Shown here: one piece after another, positions 1-10,912 of the stretch
Layout: the number at the start of each line of letters is the position of its first letter
Numbering within the stretch: position 1 is the stretch's first letter
DNA from: Calditrichales bacterium
GTDB taxonomy: Bacteria > Calditrichota > Calditrichia > Calditrichales > J004
Assembly (NCBI GenBank): GCA_965267575.1
Contig: OZ254086.1
Span: forward strand, 2,208,001-2,272,000
Length of the DNA stretch: 64,000 nt
Direction: 5' to 3'
Notes under the pieces: generated by a model
Databases searched by the model: none
What the model saw: the letters and a program-made list of their open reading frames with translations, nothing else
What the model was told of the DNA's origin: nothing
Made by a program: the position numbers and the translations under genes

Positions 1-1277
1 CAATAGACTCCCGCACGGTGGGGCCCGAAGAGGTGTTCTGGGCCTTGCGCGGCGAGCGCTTTGACGGGCATGACTTTGTAAACGAGGCTTTTGCCCGCGG
101 CGCTCTCTTTTGCGTGATCGAGGAGTCGGCTTCGGCGGAGCTGATGCACAGCGGCATTCCGCTGGTACTGGTGCAGGATACATTGAAAAGCCTGCAAAAC
201 CTGGCCCAAATACAGCGCCTGAAGTACAACATCCCGGTGATCGGGCTGACCGGATCCAACGGCAAGACGACCGTAAAGCAAATGCTATCGCACCTGCTGC
301 AAAAAAAAGGCAATGTGCACAAAACGCATGGCAACCTGAATAATCATATCGGTTGCCCGCTGACGATGCTGCAAATGAATGAAACACACGAAATGGCCAT
401 CCTGGAAATGGGCACAAACAGCCCGGGTGAGATTGCTTTCCTTGGCGCGTTGGGTAAGCCGACACACGCGCTTGTAACGCTGATCGGCGAAGCGCACCTG
501 GAAAAGCTGAAAACCCGCGAAGGTATCGCCAAGGAAAAGCTGAGTCTTTTTGACCAGTTGCCGGCAAACGGCACGGTATACCAGAATATGGATGATCCGT
601 TTATTGCCGACTACAACCGGCCCGGTCTGCGCTACGTGCGCTATGCTTTCGAAAACGACGCGGCGGACGTAAAAGCCGGATATGGCGATCTGGATGATAA
701 TGGCTGCGGCGCGCTGATTTTGGACGGCAAAAACGAGATTCGCCTAAAGGTGGCCGGTTTGCACAATGTGCGTAACGCCCTGGCTGCGGCGGCTGTCGCC
801 CTGGATTTCGGACTAACCACAAATGAAATCGCAGAGGGGCTAAGTACTTTTAAAGCGTACGAAAAGCGGATGCAGATCGTGGAGTGGCGGGGTGCCAGGA
901 TTCTCAATGATGCCTACAACGCCAGTCCTTCATCGATGCGCCTGGCGCTGGACACGGTACAGGCCATTCGGGTAAAGGGCAAAAAGCTTATCGCGCTGGG
1001 CGATATGTTTGAACTGGGCGAAGACGCAGCACAGATGCACCGCGATGTTTTGAAATATGCCGCCGGGCTGAAAGAAGGCCGCTTTTTCCTTATCGGCGAC
1101 CTGATGCACGGGGCGGCGCGCCAAACGGGGCTGGACAACGACAAACGGTTTACGTTGTGCCGCGATCTGAATGAAATGGCCGGCCTTATAAACGGCACGC
1201 TGCAGGAAAACGATCTGCTGATGATAAAAGGTTCGCGCGGAATGCAGATGGAAAAAATACTGGCTTACATAAACTAA
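1..1277 (+). CDS. murF: UDP-MurNAc-tripeptide--D-Ala-D-Ala ligase (5' truncated by window edge)
   Basis: Frame open from window start (IDSR..GERFDGHDF), TGSNGKTT P-loop, NDAYNASP, KGSRG; directly upstream of mraY. Confidence 0.96.
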   Translation, partial: IDSRTVGPEEVFWALRGERFDGHDFVNEAFARGALFCVIEESASAELMHSGIPLVLVQDTLKSLQNLAQIQRLKYNIPVIGLTGSNGKTTVKQMLSHLLQKKGNVHKTHGNLNNHIGCPLTMLQMNETHEMAILEMGTNSPGEIAFLGALGKPTHALVTLIGEAHLEKLKTREGIAKEKLSLFDQLPANGTVYQNMDDPFIADYNRPGLRYVRYAFENDAADVKAGYGDLDDNGCGALILDGKNEIRLKVAGLHNVRNALAAAAVALDFGLTTNEIAEGLSTFKAYEKRMQIVEWRGARILNDAYNASPSSMRLALDTVQAIRVKGKKLIALGDMFELGEDAAQMHRDVLKYAAGLKEGRFFLIGDLMHGAARQTGLDNDKRFTLCRDLNEMAGLINGTLQENDLLMIKGSRGMQMEKILAYIN

Positions 1278-1286
1278 AGAGTCGCC

Positions 1287-2390
1287 ATGCTGTCTGATTT
1301 TTTATATCAGTTCACCGATTACTTTTTCGCTTTTAACGTCTTCCGTTACATCACGGTGCGGGCGGCGTTAAGCGCGGTAACGGCACTGGTGATTGCTTTG
1401 TGGGTGGGGCCACGGATTATCAATGCCCTACGCCGCCACCAGATTGGTGAAGAGATACGCATTGAGGGGCCGGAAAGCCACAAGGTGAAAAAAGGCACGC
1501 CAACCATGGGTGGTCTGATCATCCTGCTTTCGGTTATTGCCGGAACCCTGCTTTGGGCCGATCTGAGCAATTTTTATCTGCTGCTCGCTTTTTTTGCCAC
1601 ACTGGCCATGGGTCTTGTCGGGTTCATAGATGACTATCTCAAGGCTGTGATGAAAATGAAAAAGGGCCTTATCGGGCGCTACAAGCTGATTGGCCAGATT
1701 ACCATGGGGCTGTTGCTGGCGCTGGTAATTGTCTGGCACCCGTTTTTTGAAGGGCTGCATTTCAATACGACGGTACCGTTCTTCAAAAACCTTGAGGTGG
1801 ATCTGGGGTTTTTATATGTACCGCTGATCATTTTTGTGATCACGGGTGCGTCCAACGCGGTCAATCTTACGGATGGTCTGGACGGTCTGGCCTCGGGTCT
1901 TGCCGCGATCGCATTTATCGCGCTGGCCGGTGTGGCCTACGTGACCAGCAACGTCAATTTCAGCGATTACCTGAATATCATTTATCTGCCGGGCAGTGAG
2001 GAGCTGGTGATCTTTTGTATGGCCTTGTTTGGCGCAGCGGTTGGCTTTTTGTGGTATAACGCCCATCCGGCGGAGGTTTTTATGGGCGATACCGGTTCGC
2101 TGGCATTGGGCGCGGCGCTTGGTGCGGTGGCGGTTTTGCTAAAAAAAGAACTGCTGCTTTTGTTGATCGCCGGTGTGTTTATCATGGAAGTGCTTTCTGT
2201 GATCATTCAAACGACGTGGTTTAAATACACGCGGCGCAAATATGGCATGGGCCGTCGCGTTTTTCGCATGAGTCCGGTTCACCATCATTTTGAGTTAAAA
2301 GGCTGGCCGGAAACGAAGGTCGTTGTGCGCTTCTGGATCATTGGTATTCTGCTGGCCTTGTTGAGTCTGAGTACGTTTAAAACGCAATAG
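1287..2390 (+). CDS. mraY: Phospho-MurNAc-pentapeptide transferase
   Basis: KKGTPTMGG, NAVNLTDGLDGLA, FMGDTGS, PVHHHFE motifs; polytopic membrane protein. Confidence 0.98.
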   Translation: MLSDFLYQFTDYFFAFNVFRYITVRAALSAVTALVIALWVGPRIINALRRHQIGEEIRIEGPESHKVKKGTPTMGGLIILLSVIAGTLLWADLSNFYLLLAFFATLAMGLVGFIDDYLKAVMKMKKGLIGRYKLIGQITMGLLLALVIVWHPFFEGLHFNTTVPFFKNLEVDLGFLYVPLIIFVITGASNAVNLTDGLDGLASGLAAIAFIALAGVAYVTSNVNFSDYLNIIYLPGSEELVIFCMALFGAAVGFLWYNAHPAEVFMGDTGSLALGAALGAVAVLLKKELLLLLIAGVFIMEVLSVIIQTTWFKYTRRKYGMGRRVFRMSPVHHHFELKGWPETKVVVRFWIIGILLALLSLSTFKTQ

Positions 2391-2400
2391 CGGTAATGCA

Positions 2401-3750
2401 ATGGACGTAAAAGAAAAAAAAGTAACTGTTCTGGGTGCGGCACGCAGCGGCATTGCCGCCGCTCTGCTGCTTAAGGGCAAAGGGGCGCGCGTCATTGTGA
2501 GCGACAGTGCCGAGGCCGAGCGCAAAGCCATGGAGCAGGACGTGCTGCTGGAGGAGCGCATCGATGCCGAATTCGGCGGGCACAGCGAACGCATTTACGA
2601 TGCCGATTTTGTTGTGCTGAGTCCCGGTATCCCGGCGGCCAGTACCGTGGTGCGACGTTTTTATGAAAAAGATATTCCGGTCTACTCGGAGGTCGAGGTG
2701 GCCGGGTGGTACAACCGCGGTAAGATCATTGGTGTAACCGGCTCCAACGGCAAGACAACGACCACAACGCTTATTGGTGAGATGTTGCGCCGTTCCGATC
2801 CGGGGGCGATCGTTGCCGGCAATATCGGCAGCGCGCTTTCCGAGCATGTGGCCAACAGTAAACCGGGGCGCTGGGGTGTCGTTGAGCTTTCCAGTTTTCA
2901 GTTGGAAACAATCGATACGCTGCATTGCGATTTGGCCGTGGTACTGAACTTCGCGCCCAACCACCTGGACCGCTATGAGAGCTACGAAGATTACATCGAA
3001 GCCAAATGGCGCATCACTAAAAATCTACGCACCGGCGACAGGCTTATCTACAACGCCGACGATGAGCTGCTCAGCCAAAAAGCGCAAACTGTAAAGGGAC
3101 ACGCGCTGGCCTTTAGTACAAAGGGTATCAATCCGCCGGGAGCAGGGCTGCATGAGCACGGCTTATACATGTTTGGCCAAAAATTGATTGACCTGAGCGA
3201 CATTAAACTTAATGGCATCCACAATTATATGAATGCCATGGCGGCGGTCCTAGCGGCGCATTATGCCGGTGTATCGGCGGCAGATATGTGCCATGTGCTT
3301 CAGAACTTTGCCGGTGTGGAGCACCGCCTGGAACATGTGGCCGAAAAAGACGGCATCCTGTTCATTAACGATTCCAAGGCGACCACGGTTGAATCGATGT
3401 CTTACGCGCTGCAAAGTTTTGAACGGCCGATCGTTTTGATCGCCGGGGGTAAGGACAAGGGCAGCGACTTCAGCAAGCTTTTGCCGCTGCTTAAGAAGCA
3501 CGTGCGACAGGCTATTTTAATCGGCACGGCGGCGGACAAAATGCAGCAGGCCTGGCAGGGAAGCATTTCACTGGATAAGGCGGCAGCGCTGGACGAAGCT
3601 GTGGAAAAAGCCGTCAAAGCGGCTCGCAAAGGCGATGTGATTTTACTTTCACCGGCCTGCGCCAGCTTTGACATGTTTAAAGATTATGAAGAACGGGGCC
3701 GCGTGTTTAAGGCCCTTGTAAAAGAGAGGACGCAAGATGCTTCGCGGTAA
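2401..3750 (+). CDS. murD: UDP-MurNAc-L-Ala--D-Glu ligase
   Basis: TGSNGKTTT, ELSSFQL, NHLDRY, NDSKAT, SPACASFD. Confidence 0.98.
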   Translation: MDVKEKKVTVLGAARSGIAAALLLKGKGARVIVSDSAEAERKAMEQDVLLEERIDAEFGGHSERIYDADFVVLSPGIPAASTVVRRFYEKDIPVYSEVEVAGWYNRGKIIGVTGSNGKTTTTTLIGEMLRRSDPGAIVAGNIGSALSEHVANSKPGRWGVVELSSFQLETIDTLHCDLAVVLNFAPNHLDRYESYEDYIEAKWRITKNLRTGDRLIYNADDELLSQKAQTVKGHALAFSTKGINPPGAGLHEHGLYMFGQKLIDLSDIKLNGIHNYMNAMAAVLAAHYAGVSAADMCHVLQNFAGVEHRLEHVAEKDGILFINDSKATTVESMSYALQSFERPIVLIAGGKDKGSDFSKLLPLLKKHVRQAILIGTAADKMQQAWQGSISLDKAAALDEAVEKAVKAARKGDVILLSPACASFDMFKDYEERGRVFKALVKERTQDASR

Positions 3751-4906
3751 AGTCGACCTGGTGCTGGCCATTGTGGTAATCGGGCTGATCATGGTCGGGC
3801 AGGTGATGGTGTTCAGCGCCAGTTCCATCAGCGCGGATTTCAAGTACGGTTCGGTGTTTTACTTTTTTGCCAAACAGCTAACCTATGGCTTTTTGGCAGT
3901 CATCCTTTGCATTGCCGCATCGCATGTTGACTATCGTAAATACAATAAGGGCCGCCGGGCCGGCTTTTTTATCGTTTTCGCGATTGTTTTGCTGGTGGGC
4001 CTGCTTATTGTCGGCCGGCCTATAAAAGGTGCTGTGCGCTGGTACGATCTGGGCATTACCAATTTTCAGCCGTCTGAAGTAGCCCGTCTGGCGGTGATCG
4101 TGTTTCTGGCGCACCGGCTTTCCAATACCGAGGTCGATTTCAGCCAGTTCAAAAAAGAGGTGCTGCCAATCGTCATAATGCCGGTCATTATTGTCGGATT
4201 GATTGTTTTACAGCCTGATTTAAGCACGGCGCTGATGATCTGCCTGGTCTGCGGCGGGATGTTTTTTGTGAGCCGCGTTCCACAGCGCTACCTGGCTTAT
4301 ATGGCATCGCCGGCTATCCCGCTGGGCATTTTGCTGATGAACAGCGGCAACTACCAGGTACGGCGTATCGAAGCATGGCTGGCCAGCCTCACTAATATCA
4401 GGGAAGCGCCATACCAGGTGAAACAATCAGCCATCGCGCTGGGACGCGGTGGTTTGTGGGGGCAGGGCATCGGCGAAAGCAAGCAGAAGCTCAATTTTCT
4501 GCCGGACTCGCACACGGACTTCATCTTTTCGATTATCGGCGAGGAGTTCGGCTTTATCGGGGCAAGCGTTATTTTGATTGCTTTTGTGGTCATACTGGTG
4601 CGCGGGCTGCGTGTCGCGCGTAACGCCCCGGACGGCTTCGGGCAGTTTCTGGCGCTGGGCATTACATTAAATATCGCCTTGTACGCATTTATGAATACCG
4701 CCGTGGTTACCAACCTGGTGCCGGCTACGGGTCTGCCCATGCCTTTTATCAGTTACGGTGGATCGCATTTGCTTTTTATGGGCATTGCCGTCGGCGTCCT
4801 GCTCAATATATCACGCCATGTGCGCCACGGCGGTGAGGAGTTGGACTGGAGCGAGTTTCAGAACCGCCGCCAGAGTTTGCACAATCGCTTCATGGAGGTG
4901 GATTGA
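3737..4906 (+). CDS. ftsW: SEDS peptidoglycan polymerase FtsW
   Basis: FQPSE, QPDL, LPDSHTDFIF, PFISYGGS; between murD and murG. Confidence 0.96.
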   Translation: MLRGKVDLVLAIVVIGLIMVGQVMVFSASSISADFKYGSVFYFFAKQLTYGFLAVILCIAASHVDYRKYNKGRRAGFFIVFAIVLLVGLLIVGRPIKGAVRWYDLGITNFQPSEVARLAVIVFLAHRLSNTEVDFSQFKKEVLPIVIMPVIIVGLIVLQPDLSTALMICLVCGGMFFVSRVPQRYLAYMASPAIPLGILLMNSGNYQVRRIEAWLASLTNIREAPYQVKQSAIALGRGGLWGQGIGESKQKLNFLPDSHTDFIFSIIGEEFGFIGASVILIAFVVILVRGLRVARNAPDGFGQFLALGITLNIALYAFMNTAVVTNLVPATGLPMPFISYGGSHLLFMGIAVGVLLNISRHVRHGGEELDWSEFQNRRQSLHNRFMEVD

Positions 4907-6046
4907 GTGTCGCGGCAGTTGCGCGTGGCCTTTGCCGGCGGCGGCACGGGCGGTCATCTTTATCCGGCGCTGAACCTGGCCCGTGTCTTCGAGGCACACT
5001 GGGATTGCCGGTTGCTTTTTTTTGGTACGCAGCGCGGGATTGAAGCACGCAAGCTGCCGGCCCTGGGTTACGATCTGGAAATTTTGCCGGTACGCGGTTT
5101 CCAGCGCAGCCTGAATTTGCAAAACCTGATGTTTCCGCTGCGCTTGTGGCAGAGCCTGCGGCGCAGCAAAAGAAAATTGAAAGAGTTCCGGCCGCATCTT
5201 GTGATCGGCACAGGCGGTTACGTGATGGGACCGGTTTTAAAGAACAGTACAAAAATGGCAATACCGACTTTTATACAGGAACAGAACAGCTATCCAGGCG
5301 TCACAACGCGCCTGCTGGCGGCCAAAGCGGACATGGTTTTTCTGGCCTACGACGAGGCGCTGGCGCATTTGGGTGAAGGCGTCTCCTGGATACACAGCGG
5401 CAACCCGATCTTTAAACGGCAGGACAAGCCCGATCGTAAAGCCGCCCGTGAAAAATTCGGGCTGACGATGGACGGGCCGGTGGTACTGGTGTTTGGCGGT
5501 AGCCAGGGCGCGTTGAGCATTAACAATGCCGTCCGCGACATATTGCATGAACAGCGCGTCGGCGGGGAAATACAGATCTTGTGGCAAACGGGTGATGGCC
5601 AGTTCGAGACAATCAAGCGCCGGGCAGAAGAAAGCGGTTTAAGGAAAAATGTGAAGATTGTGCCTTATATCGATGATATGTGGAGCGCATACAGTGCCGC
5701 GGATTTTGCCGTTTGCCGGGCAGGCGCCATGAGCCTTTCCGAGCTGATGGCTGCCGGGTTGCCGGCCATCCTGGTGCCACTGAAAAGCGCCGCTGCCGAT
5801 CACCAGACGAAGAACGCGCGTGCCCTGCAGCAAAAAGAATGCGCCATGCTGGTCGAAGACAATCCGCAGTTGGCGCAAAACCTGGCCAAAGCGATTAAAA
5901 CGCTGGGGCAGGATAAGGCGTTGCGCGAAAAGATGAGCCGCTCGCTTTTAGCGATGGCGCAACCGGACGCCGCCGAAAAAATAGTTGATAAGATGGTTGA
6001 AGTGATGAAACAAAAACAGCGCTGGCCGCTGGAAAACGAGAGTTGA
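4907..6046 (+). CDS. murG: Lipid II GlcNAc transferase
   Basis: GGGTGGH, EQNS, GGSQGA, RAGA motifs. Confidence 0.98.
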   Translation: MSRQLRVAFAGGGTGGHLYPALNLARVFEAHWDCRLLFFGTQRGIEARKLPALGYDLEILPVRGFQRSLNLQNLMFPLRLWQSLRRSKRKLKEFRPHLVIGTGGYVMGPVLKNSTKMAIPTFIQEQNSYPGVTTRLLAAKADMVFLAYDEALAHLGEGVSWIHSGNPIFKRQDKPDRKAAREKFGLTMDGPVVLVFGGSQGALSINNAVRDILHEQRVGGEIQILWQTGDGQFETIKRRAEESGLRKNVKIVPYIDDMWSAYSAADFAVCRAGAMSLSELMAAGLPAILVPLKSAAADHQTKNARALQQKECAMLVEDNPQLAQNLAKAIKTLGQDKALREKMSRSLLAMAQPDAAEKIVDKMVEVMKQKQRWPLENES

Positions 6047-6050
6047 GAAA

Positions 6051-7433
6051 ATGCCTTTAACGGCACGGCAACGGACATTTCATTTTGTTGGCATCGGCGG
6101 GGCAGGTATGAGCGCCCTGGCCGAGATCATGCTGGAACTGGGCCACCGTGTGCAGGGCTCGGACAGGGAAGCCTCCGCTGTTACGGCCTATTTGCAAAAG
6201 CAGGGGGCCAAAGTTGTCATCGGGCATAATGCCGCCAATGTGGACGGTGCTGATGTGCTGATATACAGTTCGGCTGTTAAACTCTCCAATCCGGAGCGTG
6301 CCGAAGCGCAAAAACGCGGTATCGCTCAGATGCGGCGCGCGGAATTGCTGGGCCTGCTGATGCAGAAAAAGCGTGGTATCGCGGTGGCCGGCACGCACGG
6401 CAAAACGACCACAACCGCGATGATCGCCCGCTTGCTGCTGGAGGCCGGACTGGACCCGACGGTGCTGGTTGGCGGAACCATGCGTGATCTGGGCAGCAAT
6501 GCCCATCTGGGCAAAGGCGAGTTTCTGGTAGCTGAAGCTGATGAATACGACCGTTCTTTTCTGACGCTTTTCCCGGAGATTACGGTGATCACCTCGCTGG
6601 AGGCCGACCACCTGGATATTTACAAGGATATGGATGATCTGCGCGAGACCTACGGGAAATTTGCGGCGCAAACGGCTTTTGACGGATTGATCATTCGCTG
6701 CGCCGATGACCGTGAAGTAAAAAAAATGCAGATCGACAGTCCTGCGCAGAGCGTGTTTTACGCCATTGATGATCAGGCGCGTATTGAGGCCCGCAACGCC
6801 TTCTTCGAAGGCGCGGCATGCGGCTACGACCTTTTTGTGGATGGAAACAAAGTGGCTGCCGTGAAACTGCAGGTGCCAGGAAAGCACAATATTTTGAATA
6901 GTCTGGCTGCCGCCGCCGTAGGCCTGCAGCTGGATCTGGACGGCGCAACGATCGCCCGCGGATTGCACTCTTTCAAAGGTGTGCAGCGTCGTTTTGAAAT
7001 AAAGGGCAAGTTGGGTGGGGCCGTTCTGGCTGATGATTACGCCCATCACCCGACGGAAGTGTGGCGCACGCTGGAGGCGGCGCGGCTGGCGGGTTATAAA
7101 AAAGTAGGCGTGGCTTTTCAGCCGCACCTGTTTAGCCGCACGCGGGATTTTTACAAGGAGTTTGCTTCGGCGCTTTCGCTGGCTGATGCGGTTGTGCTGG
7201 CACCCATCTATCCGGCGCGGGAAGAACCGATCGCCGGTGTCAGCTCAGCGCTGATCGCGGCGGAGATGAAGCGAGCGAAGTCGGCTGCGCGCGTGGTGCT
7301 GCTTGAACAGAACGCCGCTATTACGGCGGAGATTATGGAACTGGGCCGCGATATGGAGCTTGTTTTAACTATGGGTGCCGGGGATATCTGGCGCTACGGT
7401 GAAATGGCCCTGGAAACGATCGCGGAAAAATAA
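6051..7433 (+). CDS. murC: UDP-MurNAc--L-Ala ligase
   Basis: GIGGAGMS, AGTHGKTTT, EADEYD, DDYAHHPTE, FQPH. Confidence 0.98.
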   Translation: MPLTARQRTFHFVGIGGAGMSALAEIMLELGHRVQGSDREASAVTAYLQKQGAKVVIGHNAANVDGADVLIYSSAVKLSNPERAEAQKRGIAQMRRAELLGLLMQKKRGIAVAGTHGKTTTTAMIARLLLEAGLDPTVLVGGTMRDLGSNAHLGKGEFLVAEADEYDRSFLTLFPEITVITSLEADHLDIYKDMDDLRETYGKFAAQTAFDGLIIRCADDREVKKMQIDSPAQSVFYAIDDQARIEARNAFFEGAACGYDLFVDGNKVAAVKLQVPGKHNILNSLAAAAVGLQLDLDGATIARGLHSFKGVQRRFEIKGKLGGAVLADDYAHHPTEVWRTLEAARLAGYKKVGVAFQPHLFSRTRDFYKEFASALSLADAVVLAPIYPAREEPIAGVSSALIAAEMKRAKSAARVVLLEQNAAITAEIMELGRDMELVLTMGAGDIWRYGEMALETIAEK

Positions 7434-7434
7434 A

Positions 7435-8229
7435 ATGACAAAGACTAAAACACGCAAGGCGCGCAAAAAAGAGAAGAAGGGACGCGGGGTATTTTTTTAC
7501 CTGTTCCTGATCATCCTGTTTTCGCTGCTGGCCTGGAGCTACCGCGCTTTGGAAGACTACCTGCATGAGCGGCTGGCGCGGTTTGAGCTGGAGGATATCC
7601 AGTTTCGCGGTAATCATGTGCTTGGCGACGAGGAATTGTTAAAGCGCCTGGGCTTTGTGGATGAAGAAACGCGGTTGCTGGAGATAAAGCCGAAGCAGGT
7701 GGAGGAGCGTCTTAAGGATCTGCCGTATGTGCGCACGGTTCACGCGGTTCACAGCCTGCCGTCCACATTGCGTATTGTGCTGCATGAGCGCGAGCCGTTG
7801 GCTTTTTTGCTGGGCCGCGGTTTGAATCTGGTGGATGATGAAGGATTTATCCTGCCGGTGCCGCAGAAGAGTCTCCATTGGGATTTGCCGGTTATTTGCG
7901 GCATTAATGAAAACCTGGGCGTTCAGGGCGCTTACACAGTATCGCAGGAAGTGCAGAAGGCGGTAAAGATTGCCGCGTACGTGCGTTTAATGCCGCTGCC
8001 GCTGCCGGAGCTGGTTTCTGAGATTGACATGTCAGAACGGGGTTTTGTGCAACTGCTGCTCAAGAATGGTAAAACGCGTATCCGTGTGGAGCGTAAGGCC
8101 TACCAGGAGCAGCTGTTTAAGGCGGCCCTGTACCTGCAGGAGTATATGGATTATAAAACGATCGATAAAATAAAATATGTGGATGTTCGCTTCGCCGGCC
8201 AGGTGGTAATCGGCGAGTATCGCGGTTAG
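7435..8229 (+). CDS. ftsQ: Cell division protein FtsQ/DivIB
   Basis: Basic N-terminus, one TM helix, POTRA-like region (LPSTLRIVLHEREP), C-terminal YVDVRF; start moved to ATG 7435 just after the murC stop. Confidence 0.88.
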   Translation: MTKTKTRKARKKEKKGRGVFFYLFLIILFSLLAWSYRALEDYLHERLARFELEDIQFRGNHVLGDEELLKRLGFVDEETRLLEIKPKQVEERLKDLPYVRTVHAVHSLPSTLRIVLHEREPLAFLLGRGLNLVDDEGFILPVPQKSLHWDLPVICGINENLGVQGAYTVSQEVQKAVKIAAYVRLMPLPLPELVSEIDMSERGFVQLLLKNGKTRIRVERKAYQEQLFKAALYLQEYMDYKTIDKIKYVDVRFAGQVVIGEYRG

Positions 8230-8249
8230 AAATTTTAAGGATCTGTGTA

Positions 8250-9479
8250 ATGAAAAACGAAGAGATATTTGTCGGACTGGATATTGGAACAACTAAAATA
8301 GCAGCCGTTGTGGGCCGGTTGGACGAATACAATCAGCTTAACATTATCGGTGTAGGGCAGGCGCCTTCCAACGGTTTGCGCCGCGGCGTGGTTATAAACA
8401 TTCGCAAAACAGTAGACTCGATCGAAAAGGCGATACGTGATGCCGAACTGATGTGCGGGCATAAGATTACCAAGGTTTACGCCGGTATCGCGGGTGATCA
8501 TATCCGTTCCATTAACAGCAGGGGCGTGATCGCCGTGGGCAATAAGGACAAGATCATTACCGAAGATGATGTGGAACGGGTGATTGACGCGGCCCGCGCG
8601 ATCGCACTGCCGATGGACCGCGAGATCCTGCATGTGCTGCCGCAGGAGTATATCGTGGATGAGCAGGACGGTATTAAGAGTCCTGTGGGCATGGCTGGGA
8701 CACGTTTAGAGGCGGAAGTGCACATTGTTACGGCCGCCGCTGCTTCGGCACAGAACATTGTTAACTGCATCCACGAAGCGGGATATGACGTGGCCGATAT
8801 CGTTCTTGAGCCTTATGCCTCCAGCCTGGCCGTGCTTGATGACGATGAACGCGAACTGGGCGTGACACTGATCGATATTGGCGGCGGGACGACGGACGTG
8901 GCCATGTTTTTCGACGGCAGCATTCGTTATACCTTTGTGCTGGGTGTCGGGGGACAGCATTTAACGTCGGATATTTCTCAGGGCCTGCGCACGCCGATGG
9001 AGCAGGCAGAAGAGATTAAGAAAAGGCATGGGATTGCCCTGCAAACGCTGATTAAGGACGATGAATTGATCCGTGTGCCCGGTGTTGGCGGACGCAAGCC
9101 GCGTGAGATTTCGCGCGTTCTGCTTTCCGGTATCATCCAGCCGCGGATGGAAGAGATGCTGCAGATGGCCTACAAGGAAATGGAAAAATCACGCCTGATG
9201 GAGGTGATGGGCGCCGGGGTGGTGATAACCGGCGGTGCCGCCATGCTGGAAGGTCTGGCGGAACTGGCGGAAAAAGTAATGGGGCTGCCCGTAAAGATCG
9301 GTACCCCGATTGTAAGCGGCGGCCTGGAGGATAGTGTCGATAACCCCATGTTTGCCACGGGGGTCGGACTGATCCACTACGCGCTGCGCCACCAGGATGA
9401 AGACCACGATCCTAAGGAAATGGGCTTCAACTGGATATTATATCGCTTGCGCAGCTTCTTTGATAATCTTTTTAAGTAA
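8250..9479 (+). CDS. ftsA: Cell division protein FtsA
   Basis: GLDIGTTK, DIGGGTTD, TGGAA actin-like motifs; precedes ftsZ. Confidence 0.98.
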   Translation: MKNEEIFVGLDIGTTKIAAVVGRLDEYNQLNIIGVGQAPSNGLRRGVVINIRKTVDSIEKAIRDAELMCGHKITKVYAGIAGDHIRSINSRGVIAVGNKDKIITEDDVERVIDAARAIALPMDREILHVLPQEYIVDEQDGIKSPVGMAGTRLEAEVHIVTAAAASAQNIVNCIHEAGYDVADIVLEPYASSLAVLDDDERELGVTLIDIGGGTTDVAMFFDGSIRYTFVLGVGGQHLTSDISQGLRTPMEQAEEIKKRHGIALQTLIKDDELIRVPGVGGRKPREISRVLLSGIIQPRMEEMLQMAYKEMEKSRLMEVMGAGVVITGGAAMLEGLAELAEKVMGLPVKIGTPIVSGGLEDSVDNPMFATGVGLIHYALRHQDEDHDPKEMGFNWILYRLRSFFDNLFK

Positions 9480-9512
9480 TTGAAAGTTGTTTGTAAAACG
9501 GGAGAGACTTTT

Positions 9513-10712
9513 ATGATTCAATTTGATGAACTGGCAGAACAGAGTGCCAAGATAAAGGTCGTTGGTGTCGGTGGTGCCGGCGGCAACGCCATCAACGGCA
9601 TGATCGAGGCCGGACTTTCCGGCGTCGAGTTTATTATTGTGAATACGGACGCGCAGGACCTGGAGAAAAACCGCGCCCAGCATAAGGTGCAGATCGGGAA
9701 GAACCTGACCAAAGGCCTTGGCGCAGGCGCAAATCCGGATTTTGGATTGCGCGCTGTGGAAGAAGATAAGGAGATCATTGTCAATGCGCTTAGCGGTGCG
9801 GACATGGTTTTCGTGACCTGCGGCATGGGCGGTGGTACCGGTACGGGCGCCGCGCCAATCATCGCCGAGGTGGCCAAAGACCTGGGAGCGCTTACCGTCG
9901 GTATTGTGACCATTCCCTTCATGTTTGAAGGGCCGGTGCGGTTGCGCAATGCCGAAAGAGGTATCGATGCCATGCGTGAACGCGTTGATACCATGCTGGT
10001 CATTCCCAATGACCGCATCTTCTCAATTATTGAAAAGAATACGCCGGTGATTGAGGCCTTCAAAACGGTAGATTCTATTCTGCTGGAAGCGACGCGCAGT
10101 ATTTCCGACCTGATCAATGTGCATGGTTACATCAATCTTGACTTTGCCGACATTCGCACTATTATGGCCGGCATGGGCGATGCACTTATGGGCAGCGGAA
10201 CGGCCGCGGGCGAAAACCGCGCCATTGCCGCCGCCGAACAGGCCACGACCAGTCCGTTGCTGGACGGCGCCGATATTGCCGGGGCACGCGGTGTGCTTAT
10301 CAATATTTCAGGCGGACCTTCGCTTACCATGTTTGAAGTGGGCGAAGCCGCAACACACATACAGCAGGCTTCCGGAGACGGCGCCAATGTGATCTGGGGA
10401 ATGGTTATTGATGAGAGCATGAGTGAAGAAATCCGTGTGACGGTAATTGCCACGGGCTTTAACAAAGATGTACAGGCTGCCGAACAGCTGCGTAAACCAA
10501 AAGAGGAAAAGCCGGAGAAGCCGCAGAATGAGTTTACGCCAACGGACTTCGAAGAACTGGACAAGCCGACATTTATTCGCCAGAATAAGCCGGTGCAGCC
10601 CTCCAAGAAGCGCCAGCACCTGCAGATCTTTGAGCTGAATGACCATGACGATATACCTGACGGACCGGATAATCTGGATATTCCCACATTTCTGAGGAAA
10701 CAGATCGATTAA
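9513..10712 (+). CDS. ftsZ: Cell division protein FtsZ
   Basis: GGGTGTG signature, NLDFAD, C-terminal LDIPTFLRKQ; ATG 9513 follows GGAGAG. Confidence 0.99.
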   Translation: MIQFDELAEQSAKIKVVGVGGAGGNAINGMIEAGLSGVEFIIVNTDAQDLEKNRAQHKVQIGKNLTKGLGAGANPDFGLRAVEEDKEIIVNALSGADMVFVTCGMGGGTGTGAAPIIAEVAKDLGALTVGIVTIPFMFEGPVRLRNAERGIDAMRERVDTMLVIPNDRIFSIIEKNTPVIEAFKTVDSILLEATRSISDLINVHGYINLDFADIRTIMAGMGDALMGSGTAAGENRAIAAAEQATTSPLLDGADIAGARGVLINISGGPSLTMFEVGEAATHIQQASGDGANVIWGMVIDESMSEEIRVTVIATGFNKDVQAAEQLRKPKEEKPEKPQNEFTPTDFEELDKPTFIRQNKPVQPSKKRQHLQIFELNDHDDIPDGPDNLDIPTFLRKQID

Positions 10713-10726
10713 AATCCGGCCACTCC

Positions 10727-10762
10727 AGGGGAAGAGTCTGCTCTCCCGGGCTCTTCCCTTTT
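10727..10762 (+). terminator. Probable intrinsic terminator of the dcw cluster
   Basis: GGGAAGAGTCTG / CGGGCTCTTCCC 12-bp stem (two G-U pairs), 6-nt loop, then TTTT. Confidence 0.7.
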
Positions 10763-10912
10763 AACCTTTGAATACCTGTATTTCCTTTGCCCCGGCCATG
10801 TGCGAAAGGCCACAAAGTACATCCTTTTTTTCACGCCTTCGCACTTTTTGCTTAATCCGTAAATAATCTCTCCGAATACTAGGTTCAGGGTTAAGCTTGG
10901 CAAGGAGGTAAT

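Noticed and set aside
6057-7127. Long antisense ORFs (also 23799-25085, 32388-33710, 41499-42464, 50151-51077, 53521-54426)
   Set aside because: They shadow well-supported genes on the opposite strand and have no recognisable motifs, as expected from codon bias.
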